A stretch of DNA of 64,000 nt, taken from positions 640,001 to 704,000 of the forward strand of contig CAVOGR010000001.1 of the NCBI GenBank assembly GCA_963695555.1. Direction: 5' to 3'. The position numbers were made by a program, and so were the translations under genes. Within the stretch, counting starts at the first letter, position 1; each line of letters starts with the position of its first letter. The notes under the pieces were generated by a model that was given only the letters and a program-made list of their open reading frames with translations, ran no database searches and was not told the origin of the DNA. Positions 31,305 through 39,052 of the stretch are shown one piece after another. Source of the stretch: an uncultured Gemmatimonadales bacterium. Lineage in GTDB: Bacteria > Gemmatimonadota > Gemmatimonadetes > Gemmatimonadales > GWC2-71-9.

Positions 31305-32098
31305 CTTAGGGCGGATGGAATGATGGTGCGGAATCCGGCCTGGCTGAGCACTTCCTTGATTTCATCCATCGTAAACTCTGCCTCGAGCCGATCCTCGATA
31401 TTGACCGCCGGGGGGCGGAGCTTCTCTTCGGTCCACACCGTCCCGACGACGTTGGTCTCGCCTGGTTTGAGCTGCATGGAGCCGATCGCCTTTCCCAGAA
31501 AGCGTACGGCCATCGCCACCTTCAGCAGGATGGCCGGATTCTCCTCGGTCATGCGCTTGATCCACCGGTTCCCGAAGCGCACGTGGGTAATCTCGTCGGC
31601 CAGGATGCTTTCGAGCATGTCGGCGGTGGCATGATCGCCTTCCTTCCGCCATTTGTCCCGGAGCGTGCCCAGGAGATCGATCAACCCCGCCTCGAAGGTG
31701 CGGTTCTGCACCGCGAGGCGGCCCGGCAGGTTGTCCAGCATGTTGGTTACGCCCCATTCGAAGTTTGCGATGGGGAACTCGCCCTTCGCGCCGCCCATTT
31801 CCACCAGCCGGTTCAGCAGGAGGTCGGCGTGCCGGGCCTCATCCGTGGCCTGCCGCGCCAGGTTCATGCGGAGGCCCCAGGGCGCCTCCGGGAAGTCCAC
31901 CAGAGCCTGCGCCGCGATTTCCATCGCGCCGGTCTCATTGTTCATGTGGCGGTGGATCCGCTCACGGCGGGAAATCTCCGACATGTCGGGCCACTCGTGC
32001 ATCTCGTCGTCGGTATTGACGACCGTGAAGCACTCCTCCCGTGCCGGATCGGCGGCGAGGACAAAGCCGCGGATCTCCTTGGTTGGTGCACTGTTCAC
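31301..32098 (-). CDS. Ferritin-like diiron protein (DUF455-like) B
   Basis: NNE...DEARH...FEA...DEITHVRFG; paralog of A; GTGA overlap. Confidence 0.8.
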   Translation of the reverse strand: MNSAPTKEIRGFVLAADPAREECFTVVNTDDEMHEWPDMSEISRRERIHRHMNNETGAMEIAAQALVDFPEAPWGLRMNLARQATDEARHADLLLNRLVEMGGAKGEFPIANFEWGVTNMLDNLPGRLAVQNRTFEAGLIDLLGTLRDKWRKEGDHATADMLESILADEITHVRFGNRWIKRMTEENPAILLKVAMAVRFLGKAIGSMQLKPGETNVVGTVWTEEKLRPPAVNIEDRLEAEFTMDEIKEVLSQAGFRTIIPSALR

Positions 32099-32670
32099 GA
32101 CGAGACCCTCTCGAGCGTCTGTGGCGGCGCGGGGCGGAAGGCGATGAAATCCGCCGGCGCCTTGGCGATGGACTCGAACCGGCTCTTCCAGCCCTTGTCC
32201 TTGGGCCGGAGGTCCGGTCGCTGGTCACGGAATTGCCGGTAGTCCGCTTGCATGCGCTGGAAGTCGCTGAGCACCCGCTCGATGACCCGGACGGACGGTT
32301 CGTCCTGCATCTGGTTGGTGCCGTCGAGATAGGCTTGATAGCGCTGCTCGAGATCCGGCAGGAACCCGGCATACATCGCCTCCGCCCGCTCCGCCGTGTC
32401 GGTCAGACCGGCGAGGGTGTCCAGCACCTTCATGTAGGCGTCGGTGGGCCGGGCGCTGTAGTGCAGCGGCGCTCTGAGCTCACTGGTGCGTTGGCCCAAC
32501 CCGTCGGCTTGCTGGGCCATGTCCCAGATGTGGCGGCCGAACAAAATCTTGGCCTCGAGCTCCGGGGTGAGCGGTACCCAACGGGCCAGCGTTTCCATCA
32601 GGTTGACGCTGATGAAACGAAACGTGCCAATGGCGTCGGCTCGCTCGCGAATCGTGTTGTATCCCATCAC
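32095..32670 (-). CDS. Degenerate ferritin-like helical protein (likely metal-free partner subunit)
   Basis: LMETLARW..ELEAKILFGRHIWDMAQQAD: helical bundle pattern with ExxH replaced; translationally coupled on both sides. Confidence 0.6.
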   Translation of the reverse strand: MMGYNTIRERADAIGTFRFISVNLMETLARWVPLTPELEAKILFGRHIWDMAQQADGLGQRTSELRAPLHYSARPTDAYMKVLDTLAGLTDTAERAEAMYAGFLPDLEQRYQAYLDGTNQMQDEPSVRVIERVLSDFQRMQADYRQFRDQRPDLRPKDKGWKSRFESIAKAPADFIAFRPAPPQTLERVSS

Positions 32671-33686
32671 ACATCTCCTAGGGCTTCAATGAGGTCCGTA
32701 GTGTCATCTGGCGTGCCAACGTCGAGAAAGAAACAGCGCGTGCTCGACATGAGACGCAGCATCTGCATGATTCGCAAGGCCCGTGGCACACCCCACAACG
32801 TGCACCCTAGCGGCGTCAGGAGCGACAGGTGGTCGCGTCCCGGGCTGAACCCTTCGAGGTGGGCTGTCTCGCTGAATCGCCGCAGGAAGATAATCGCGCG
32901 CACCGGCGCTTCGGAGTGACCGGCGCCTGGGAACAGGCTGGCCACCTCGCCTCGCAGGCGGCGGGAACCGTCGGGGAATTGTTCGTGGCGCAGTCCTCCC
33001 TGCTCGACCAGCCGGTCCACGGCACGCGGGCGCGGGCCCTCGCGAATCGATACCGACCGGCGCATTGGGATCAGGTCCAGCGTGCCGACCCTGACTCCGG
33101 CGATCTCGTCGCCCAGGAACCCGTGTCCGCGCTCCGCCAATGCGAGAGAGAGGGTCGTCTTCCCCGATCCCTTCGGCCCCACCAGGAGAATTCCCGAGCC
33201 CCGGACGCTCGCCGAGGCGGCATGAAAGAAGAGGAGGTCGCGCTGGCGTCTGAGCAGTCGGTTGAGCGCCAGATTGCCCAGGAGCGACTGCCACTGGAAG
33301 TCGCGATCGGCCAGAGCGTGGGGGCCGGAGAACGCGAAGGGAGCCCCAGGGCCGGGAGCATCGAGCCGGCGCCATCCGGCGGACGGCGGCTGCCCCTCGG
33401 TGTATCCCCGCTCGCCGAACAGCTCGAGCGTGAAGTCCACCAGGTCGAGCGGCTCGGCATCCTCGAAGCTGACCAGCGCGGCGTTGAATCGTTCGAGCAG
33501 CCGCACCTGGCAGAGTACCCTTGGCAGGTCCGCCCGATCGGGGCCCGGGACGACGCACTCGGCGTAGAGTTCCCGGAACCGCTCACCGAGCGGTTCGTCC
33601 TCGGACTGGATGCCCAGATAGCCGTCCCCGATCTGATACCAATCGGGGAGGCCCGTGAGGGGCCTCCCCGATTCCTGCTCCTGCAC
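32667..33686 (-). CDS. HPr-kinase-like P-loop kinase (RiPP peptide kinase type); start uncertain (GTG 33686 or 33758)
   Basis: FFHAAS, Walker A GPKGSGKTT, FLGDE; the ORF-track start at 33935 overlaps the precursor gene and is unlikely. Confidence 0.8.
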   Translation of the reverse strand: MQEQESGRPLTGLPDWYQIGDGYLGIQSEDEPLGERFRELYAECVVPGPDRADLPRVLCQVRLLERFNAALVSFEDAEPLDLVDFTLELFGERGYTEGQPPSAGWRRLDAPGPGAPFAFSGPHALADRDFQWQSLLGNLALNRLLRRQRDLLFFHAASASVRGSGILLVGPKGSGKTTLSLALAERGHGFLGDEIAGVRVGTLDLIPMRRSVSIREGPRPRAVDRLVEQGGLRHEQFPDGSRRLRGEVASLFPGAGHSEAPVRAIIFLRRFSETAHLEGFSPGRDHLSLLTPLGCTLWGVPRALRIMQMLRLMSSTRCFFLDVGTPDDTTDLIEALGDV

Positions 33687-33790
33687 CGCAATCGACTGGC
33701 TACACCACTGGGAGATTGCGTCTGACGCGCCCGCCAGGTTGGGCTGGCCGTGCGTCACATCATGGGCGATCCGAGGGTTCGAATCGGCCC
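33641..33790 (-). other. Three tandem stem-loops downstream of the precursor gene
   Basis: Hairpins at 33764-33790, 33723-33757 and a perfect 14-bp stem AATCGGGGAGGCCC-N5-GGGCCTCCCCGATT at 33641-33673. Confidence 0.65.
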
Positions 33791-33922
33791 TCAGCCCCAC
33801 CAGGACGCGCCGGCGCTCGTAATCTGGAACGCCTTCAAGACCTCGGCCTCGTCCATGACTTTGACTGCGGGGGCCACATAACGGCGCCGAGTCGACTCCG
33901 ACTGCATCTTCTGTTCGGCCAT
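33791..33922 (-). CDS. 43-aa RiPP precursor peptide candidate MAEQKMQSESTRRRYVAPAVKVMDEAEVLKAFQITSAGASWWG
   Basis: GGAG RBS 7 nt before ATG; YxxP RRE-recognition motif; lies directly between PqqD/RRE and the kinase. Confidence 0.8.
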   Translation of the reverse strand: MAEQKMQSESTRRRYVAPAVKVMDEAEVLKAFQITSAGASWWG

Positions 33923-34051
33923 GCGATAACTCCAACGATTAGGGGGAAATCGAACAAGTAAATGTAAGAACTTTTCACCTCGGGCGCCAGCCTGGATTCC
34001 TTGCCGCCCGACGACTGTCAAACAATGATACAACGAACCGGCCGCCCTGTA

Positions 34052-34324
34052 TCACGATGACTCGACAATCAGGTCGAGTCGCTGGAACTCCTCGAGGACG
34101 CGCTGGACGTCGGCGGTGGCGGTCGCCACGTCGACACCGTCGAACGACTCACACACCTCGGCTGCCAGCTCCTCCACGGTGCTGGGGGAGGAGAGACAGT
34201 TCCACAACAGCGTGGAGGTCTCGTTCAGGACGCAGAATTGCTTGCTTGACGGGTTCAGGAGAATCGTCTCTTCCAGCATCGGCGATCCCTCGATGTTGGG
34301 ATTGCGCCGGTATCGAATGCTCAC
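34052..34324 (-). CDS. Stand-alone PqqD-family RiPP recognition element (RRE)
   Basis: 90 aa; ETILLN...FCVLNETSTLLWNCL...TVEELAAEVCESFDGV...DVQRVLEEFQRLDLI fits the PqqD pattern. Confidence 0.9.
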   Translation of the reverse strand: MSIRYRRNPNIEGSPMLEETILLNPSSKQFCVLNETSTLLWNCLSSPSTVEELAAEVCESFDGVDVATATADVQRVLEEFQRLDLIVESS

Positions 34325-34383
34325 CGCGGGCTCCTTGGTCAGTGACGATGTGGAACTCTGTCATGGTCAATGTGGTACGACTG

Positions 34384-35262
34384 TCAAGATGGACGGCGCC
34401 CGCCCGAAAACGACTCGGCGGTCTTGGATGGTGGCGCGGCCACCGAACGCCGGACCAGCTGCCGGAACGGAACCACCAACTGATGCGGCAACGACTCCGG
34501 CATATCCAGCCCATCTACCCCGTAGCGTTCCGGACGCTCGGCGTGGGCGGCCGCCGTGCCGAACAAGTGGTCCCAGAGGCTGAGCATCTGTCCCAGGTTC
34601 TTGTTGTGGTCCTTCGGGTCCGCCGAGTGATGCACCGAGTGGAAGATGGGGCTGACCACGATGCGGTAGAGCGGACCGAACCGCCAGTTGAGCTCCGTAT
34701 GGTGGAGCGCCTGAAGCGAGGTCGCCAAAATGTAAAGCGGCATCCACGACCGAGTTGGAAGGCCGAGGGCAAACACGAATACCACGAACAGCGCAACATC
34801 GAGCAGCAACCGGTCGAATGGATGCCGACGATATTGCGTGAGCGTGGTCAGCCGCTCTTGCGAGTGGTGGACGCTGTGAAATGCCCAAAGGAGCGGCACG
34901 CTGTGCTGGAGCCGGTGGACCCAGTAGAGCAGGAAATCGCCCGCCACCCAAAATACCAGCAATGCGAGCCAGAGAGGCGCCGACGCCAGGAGGTCGAATT
35001 TGAGGAACTGGAGTTTCGCTTCGAAGGCGTTGGCGACTGCCGCGAAAATCAAGATATGGTAGAAGGCGCCACGGTAGAAGAGGCTATATACCACGTCGTT
35101 CAGGAAGCTTCTCGTCTTGTAGCGGGCGAGATCCGCCCCGGCCCGACCTTCGAGCACCACAATCGCCGCCAAGAATGGCAAGAGCAAGAGCCCGGCCCTG
35201 ACGGCGGACATGCCAAGCTCTTGGAGACGCATGGTTGCAACCAGTTCTGCCAGTGTGCTCAC
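34384..35262 (-). CDS. Sterol desaturase / fatty-acid hydroxylase superfamily membrane diiron enzyme
   Basis: His boxes YWVHRLQH, FHSVHHS, ALHH and FHSVHHS; NLGQMLSLWDHLFGT. Confidence 0.88.
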   Translation of the reverse strand: MSTLAELVATMRLQELGMSAVRAGLLLLPFLAAIVVLEGRAGADLARYKTRSFLNDVVYSLFYRGAFYHILIFAAVANAFEAKLQFLKFDLLASAPLWLALLVFWVAGDFLLYWVHRLQHSVPLLWAFHSVHHSQERLTTLTQYRRHPFDRLLLDVALFVVFVFALGLPTRSWMPLYILATSLQALHHTELNWRFGPLYRIVVSPIFHSVHHSADPKDHNKNLGQMLSLWDHLFGTAAAHAERPERYGVDGLDMPESLPHQLVVPFRQLVRRSVAAPPSKTAESFSGGRRPS

Positions 35263-35363
35263 GGTGCGGTCGGGAATTCCCTCGAAGAAGTATGATGAAA
35301 TGGTTCGAAACCCGGCGAACCGTAATCACGCGGTCTCGGCGGGGTCAACCTTTTCGGGGAATC

Positions 35364-37388
35364 TCAATCGAATTCGGCCTCGAAGTGCCGGGCCCAGGCC
35401 GCGAGGCCGACCAGCCGCCAGACCAAGAAGCTGTTGCGCAGCTGATCGCCTTTGGAAATCCGGCTCAGGAATCCCGACAGCGGTTGCCCCGATTGGACCG
35501 CCACTAGCAAGCGCTCGACCACTCGTCGGTTGACCGCGGGAATCCGACCGGCCTCCGCCAGCAAACCTGGCAGGTTCGGGACCAAGGGAATCCACGCCTG
35601 AATGGGGACGGCAAACCCTACCTTGTCACGCCGATCCAGGATGGCGTCCGGCACCAGGCCCCGCATAGCAGCCCGGAATACCGCCTTGCTCGTGCCTGAA
35701 GCGTCCACCAGATACTCGGCTGGGAGGGACAGGATAAATTCGGCGAGTTTGGTGGTGAGGAACGGCAGCCGCCCCTCGACCGAATACGCCATGGAGTTGC
35801 GGTCCTCGTAGCGCAGCAGGGTGGGGAGGCTTTTCTCGCTGATCGAATGCCACAGGGTGCGCCGAATCCCTTCCTTGCCGACACCCACCCACCAGAGGTT
35901 CCGCGTCCCGATGCCGTGAGCTCGGCACCACGCGCGGTCGATCCAGGGACGCTGGCCGCGCCCGGAGGCCTTGACGGCAGCGGTACCGAGCCAGGCCGGC
36001 AGGGCCATGGCGAGACCCCACAGGGCGGTGTGGCCGGCCGATGGATCCCAGGGCTGGCGCGAGGCCCTGGTTTGCCTCAGAAAGCGCGCCGCTTGGCCTA
36101 TCTGGCCGCGCCCCAGATGCTCTGCCATCCGAGCCGACCACAAGTAGCGATATCCGCCTAGGAGTTCGTCCGCTCCCTGCCCATCCAGGACCACCCGCAC
36201 ACCCGCTTCACTGGCGCGGCGGAATAGGCGGTTCTGGGCATAGATGGCGATGGTGCCGAACGGCTCATCCTGCGATTCGATGAGGTGGTCGAATTCCCGG
36301 ACCCATTCCCCCGGATCGAGGTGGATCTTACTGCTCACGGCCCCGGATGCCTTGTTGACCACATCGATCCAAGGTTCTTCGCTCACGGTGCCGGCGCCGC
36401 CGATATAGCTGAATGTGTGAATATCGAGTTGCGGGCCACCCAAATGCCGCATCGCCATGACGATGGCCGAGGAGTCGAGGCCTCCCGAGAGCATGGTGCC
36501 GACGCGAACATCGCTGCGCAGATGAAGCGAGACGCTTTCGAGGAACAGGTCCCTGAGCTCGGCTGCCGCCGCTTCGCGCGAGACGGCTCGTTCATAGTCC
36601 AGGTCCGGCATCCAATAGCAGCTGGGCTCAGTCATGCCGGGGCCGTCCGGGCGGACTTCGGCCCAATGGGCCGCCGGCATGCTCCGGATGCTCGAGAAGA
36701 GCGTCGCTTCGCCGAAATCGGTGATGCCGCGGTCTAGGTAGTCGTAGAGTCGGTGTGGGTCGACCCGGCGATCGGTGCCGGGCAGCTGCAGGAGGGCGGA
36801 TATCTCGGACGCGAAGGCGAACTCGCCGTTTCGCAGGGTGTAGTACAGGGGCTTCATGCCAAAGGGGTCGCGGGCCAGGAAGAGTCGTCGGTCGCGCCGA
36901 TCCCAAACAGCGAAGGCGAACATCCCGACCAAGCGGGGCAGGCACGCCCGGCCCCATTCGGCATAGGCGGCCAGGAGCACCTCCGTGTCCGACCGCGAGC
37001 GGAATCGATGTCCCCGCGACGACAGCTCGTCCCTCAGCTCGACGTAGTTGTAGATCTCGCCATTGAACACGATCGCATAGCGGCCGTCGGCGGTGAGCAT
37101 CGGCTGATGGCCCGCCGAAGATATATCGATGATGGCGAGGCGCCGATGGCCGAGGACGAGGGTGCCTGATGCGGATCCGGCCTCGTTCGACGCTCCCGTA
37201 CCCTCGTGTGGGAGTGAGGTGCGTCGACCGTCGCGATCGATGGTCGCCGTCGATCCCTCGCGGGGGCAGTCGACCAGGAAGCCCAGATCGTCAGGCCCCC
37301 TGTGGGCAAGCCGATCGAGCAGGCCGCGCACGGTTGCCAGCGCGACCGTCCCCTCACGATGCCCGAGGTATCCGACGATGCCGCACAT
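35364..37388 (-). CDS. asnB: Asparagine synthetase B-like glutamine amidotransferase
   Basis: N-terminal MCGI, HRGPD, HRRLAIID, FNGEIYNY, LSGGLDSS, GQGADEL, EGRLPFL. Confidence 0.9.
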   Translation of the reverse strand: MCGIVGYLGHREGTVALATVRGLLDRLAHRGPDDLGFLVDCPREGSTATIDRDGRRTSLPHEGTGASNEAGSASGTLVLGHRRLAIIDISSAGHQPMLTADGRYAIVFNGEIYNYVELRDELSSRGHRFRSRSDTEVLLAAYAEWGRACLPRLVGMFAFAVWDRRDRRLFLARDPFGMKPLYYTLRNGEFAFASEISALLQLPGTDRRVDPHRLYDYLDRGITDFGEATLFSSIRSMPAAHWAEVRPDGPGMTEPSCYWMPDLDYERAVSREAAAAELRDLFLESVSLHLRSDVRVGTMLSGGLDSSAIVMAMRHLGGPQLDIHTFSYIGGAGTVSEEPWIDVVNKASGAVSSKIHLDPGEWVREFDHLIESQDEPFGTIAIYAQNRLFRRASEAGVRVVLDGQGADELLGGYRYLWSARMAEHLGRGQIGQAARFLRQTRASRQPWDPSAGHTALWGLAMALPAWLGTAAVKASGRGQRPWIDRAWCRAHGIGTRNLWWVGVGKEGIRRTLWHSISEKSLPTLLRYEDRNSMAYSVEGRLPFLTTKLAEFILSLPAEYLVDASGTSKAVFRAAMRGLVPDAILDRRDKVGFAVPIQAWIPLVPNLPGLLAEAGRIPAVNRRVVERLLVAVQSGQPLSGFLSRISKGDQLRNSFLVWRLVGLAAWARHFEAEFD

Positions 37389-37401
37389 AATGCGAAGAAA
37401 G

Positions 37402-37450
37402 TAGGGGAGGGAGGAGAGAGAGGGAGTAGGGAGTAGGGAGTAGGGAGGAG
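37402..37450 (+). repeat. Purine-rich tandem heptamer (AGGGAGT)x3 tract with G-quadruplex potential
   Basis: GGGGAGGGAGGAGAGAGAGGGAGTAGGGAGTAGGGAGTAGGG between the M28 peptidase gene and asnB. Confidence 0.7.
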
Positions 37451-37468
37451 TTGGTTACGCGACCTGGG

Positions 37469-38461
37469 CTAGTTCCGTTGCTTCGTCGCCAGGTTACTCG
37501 TGAGGGGAGCGGAGAAGGTCGGCGGAGTCTCCTGGACGAGCAGCTGGGTCAGGACGCGCGTCGCGAGGCTGCCGACTGTCATTATCCCATCGGTGTCGAT
37601 CAGCGCGACATCGTCGCGGGGCGTGTGGTATTCGCCGTGAAGCCCGGTATGGAAGAAGAGCACCGGTATCTGCGCCATGAAGAAGCAATACTGATCGCTG
37701 GCCCCCAGTAATTGGCTGTTGTCCCCGTGGGTCGCCAGTTGGCTTGCGCCCGCATCGTTCAGCATCGTCATCCAATCGGCTGACGAGGAGGAGCCGATCG
37801 TCCAGAGCCCGTTCTGAGCGTAGCGCCCCACCATGTCCAGGTTCAGCATGGCCGCGACACTGTCCATGTTGATCGTTGGCTGGCCACAAAAATGCGTGGA
37901 ACCAACCAATCCGAGTTCTTCGGCGCCATAGGCCTGGAATAGCACCGAGCGCCGGTCTCGACCGGCCATGTTGCCGCCGGCCACGTACGTGCTCAGGGAG
38001 CGGGCGATTTCCAACAGCAGGGCCGTTCCCGATGCGTTGTCGTCGGCGCCGTTGTAGACCAGGACGGAGTCCGGTCCAACCTGGATGAATCCCACGTGAT
38101 CATAGTGGGCCCCGATGACCACCCACTGCCGGGCGAGGCTCCCGTGCCCGGGCAGGATCGCGAGCACGTTTTGCGACATCCGACCCTGCTGGAGTTGAAA
38201 GTGCTGGAGGTACCCGGGGGTACCGGGTCCGAGGCCGTAAGCCATGAAATGATCGCGCAGGTACGCCGCAGCCTGGGTCTCCTGGGAGGATCCCGCCTGG
38301 CGTCCGGCCATGCTGTCGTCGGCCAGCGCGCCGAGGTGCTCGAGCAGATTGGCTTGGCTCAGCGACGGGGAGGGAGGGGTCGGAGTGGTGTCGTCCCGAG
38401 GCGCTGCCGGGGAGCTGCAGGCGGCGAGCCCGAGGAGGGCCAGGTGAACGAATCCCTTCAT
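37469..38461 (-). CDS. M28 family aminopeptidase, lipoprotein
   Basis: Lipobox LAAC; GAHYDH, GADDNASG, AEELGLVGS, NLDMVG, YHTPRD. Confidence 0.9.
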   Translation of the reverse strand: MKGFVHLALLGLAACSSPAAPRDDTTPTPPSPSLSQANLLEHLGALADDSMAGRQAGSSQETQAAAYLRDHFMAYGLGPGTPGYLQHFQLQQGRMSQNVLAILPGHGSLARQWVVIGAHYDHVGFIQVGPDSVLVYNGADDNASGTALLLEIARSLSTYVAGGNMAGRDRRSVLFQAYGAEELGLVGSTHFCGQPTINMDSVAAMLNLDMVGRYAQNGLWTIGSSSSADWMTMLNDAGASQLATHGDNSQLLGASDQYCFFMAQIPVLFFHTGLHGEYHTPRDDVALIDTDGIMTVGSLATRVLTQLLVQETPPTFSAPLTSNLATKQRN

Positions 38462-38591
38462 TTAAGAAAGCCCTCCCAATGGGGCGGCGCGGAAGCCTTC
38501 CGCCCGAATCCTATACCTGGGGGGTCCCCTAGTCGAGCCATCGCCTCAGGGCGGCCGCCGCCAACCCCCCTCTCCCCTCCTGATTCTTCCC

Positions 38592-38620
38592 TTGACCGGG
38601 CCCCTGGACGGCTCTAGCTT
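38592..38620 (+). promoter_or_regulatory. Sigma70-type promoter of the str operon
   Basis: TTGACC-17 nt-TAGCTT, about 50 nt upstream of rpsL. Confidence 0.65.
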
Positions 38621-38671
38621 ACCGTGCTGTCGACTTTTGAGCCTTGTGTCCAGCTCGTAAAACGGAATGGT

Positions 38672-39052
38672 ATGCCGACGATCAACCAGCTCATCCGCCG
38701 AGGCCGCCGGCCGCTCCGCGCCAAGGACAAGGCGCCGGCGCTCAAGGCCAATCCTCAGAAGCGGGGAGTATGCACTCGCGTGTACACCACTACGCCGAAG
38801 AAGCCGAACTCGGCGCTTCGCAAGGTGGCGCGCGTGCGGCTGACCAACGGGTTCGAGGTGACGGCCTACATTCCGGGAGAGGGGCACAATCTCCAGGAGC
38901 ACTCGATCGTGCTCATCCGGGGTGGCCGGGTGAAGGACCTGCCGGGGGTACGGTACCACATCATCCGGGGCACGCTCGACTCGGCCGGGGTCAACGACCG
39001 CAAGCAGAGTCGCTCGAAGTACGGGGCCAAGCGTCCGAAGGGCGGATCATGA
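38672..39052 (+). CDS. rpsL: 30S ribosomal protein S12
   Basis: [30 protein letters not shown]. Confidence 0.99.
   Translation: MPTINQLIRRGRRPLRAKDKAPALKANPQKRGVCTRVYTTTPKKPNSALRKVARVRLTNGFEVTAYIPGEGHNLQEHSIVLIRGGRVKDLPGVRYHIIRGTLDSAGVNDRKQSRSKYGAKRPKGGS

Noticed and set aside
33755..33793. Selenocysteine read-through of the precursor TGA, since a hairpin follows immediately
   Set aside because: The apical loop (ACCC) lacks the G typical of bacterial SECIS elements, the extension (GPIRTLGSPMM) is uninformative, and no sel genes are in the window.
33687..33935. N-terminal extension of the kinase ORF to 33935
   Set aside because: It overlaps the better-supported precursor gene and the hairpin region and carries no recognisable motif.
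33791..37388. Classifying the cluster as a lasso peptide locus (AsnB-like + PqqD + kinase + nucleotidyltransferase)
   Set aside because: There is no transglutaminase-like B2 protease, the predicted core has no Asp/Glu for the ring and is too short, and the AsnB retains its glutaminase Cys.
37469..38461. M28 peptidase as a core member of the RiPP cluster
   Set aside because: It is a common exported lipoprotein separated from asnB by a repeat tract; only co-orientation supports the link.
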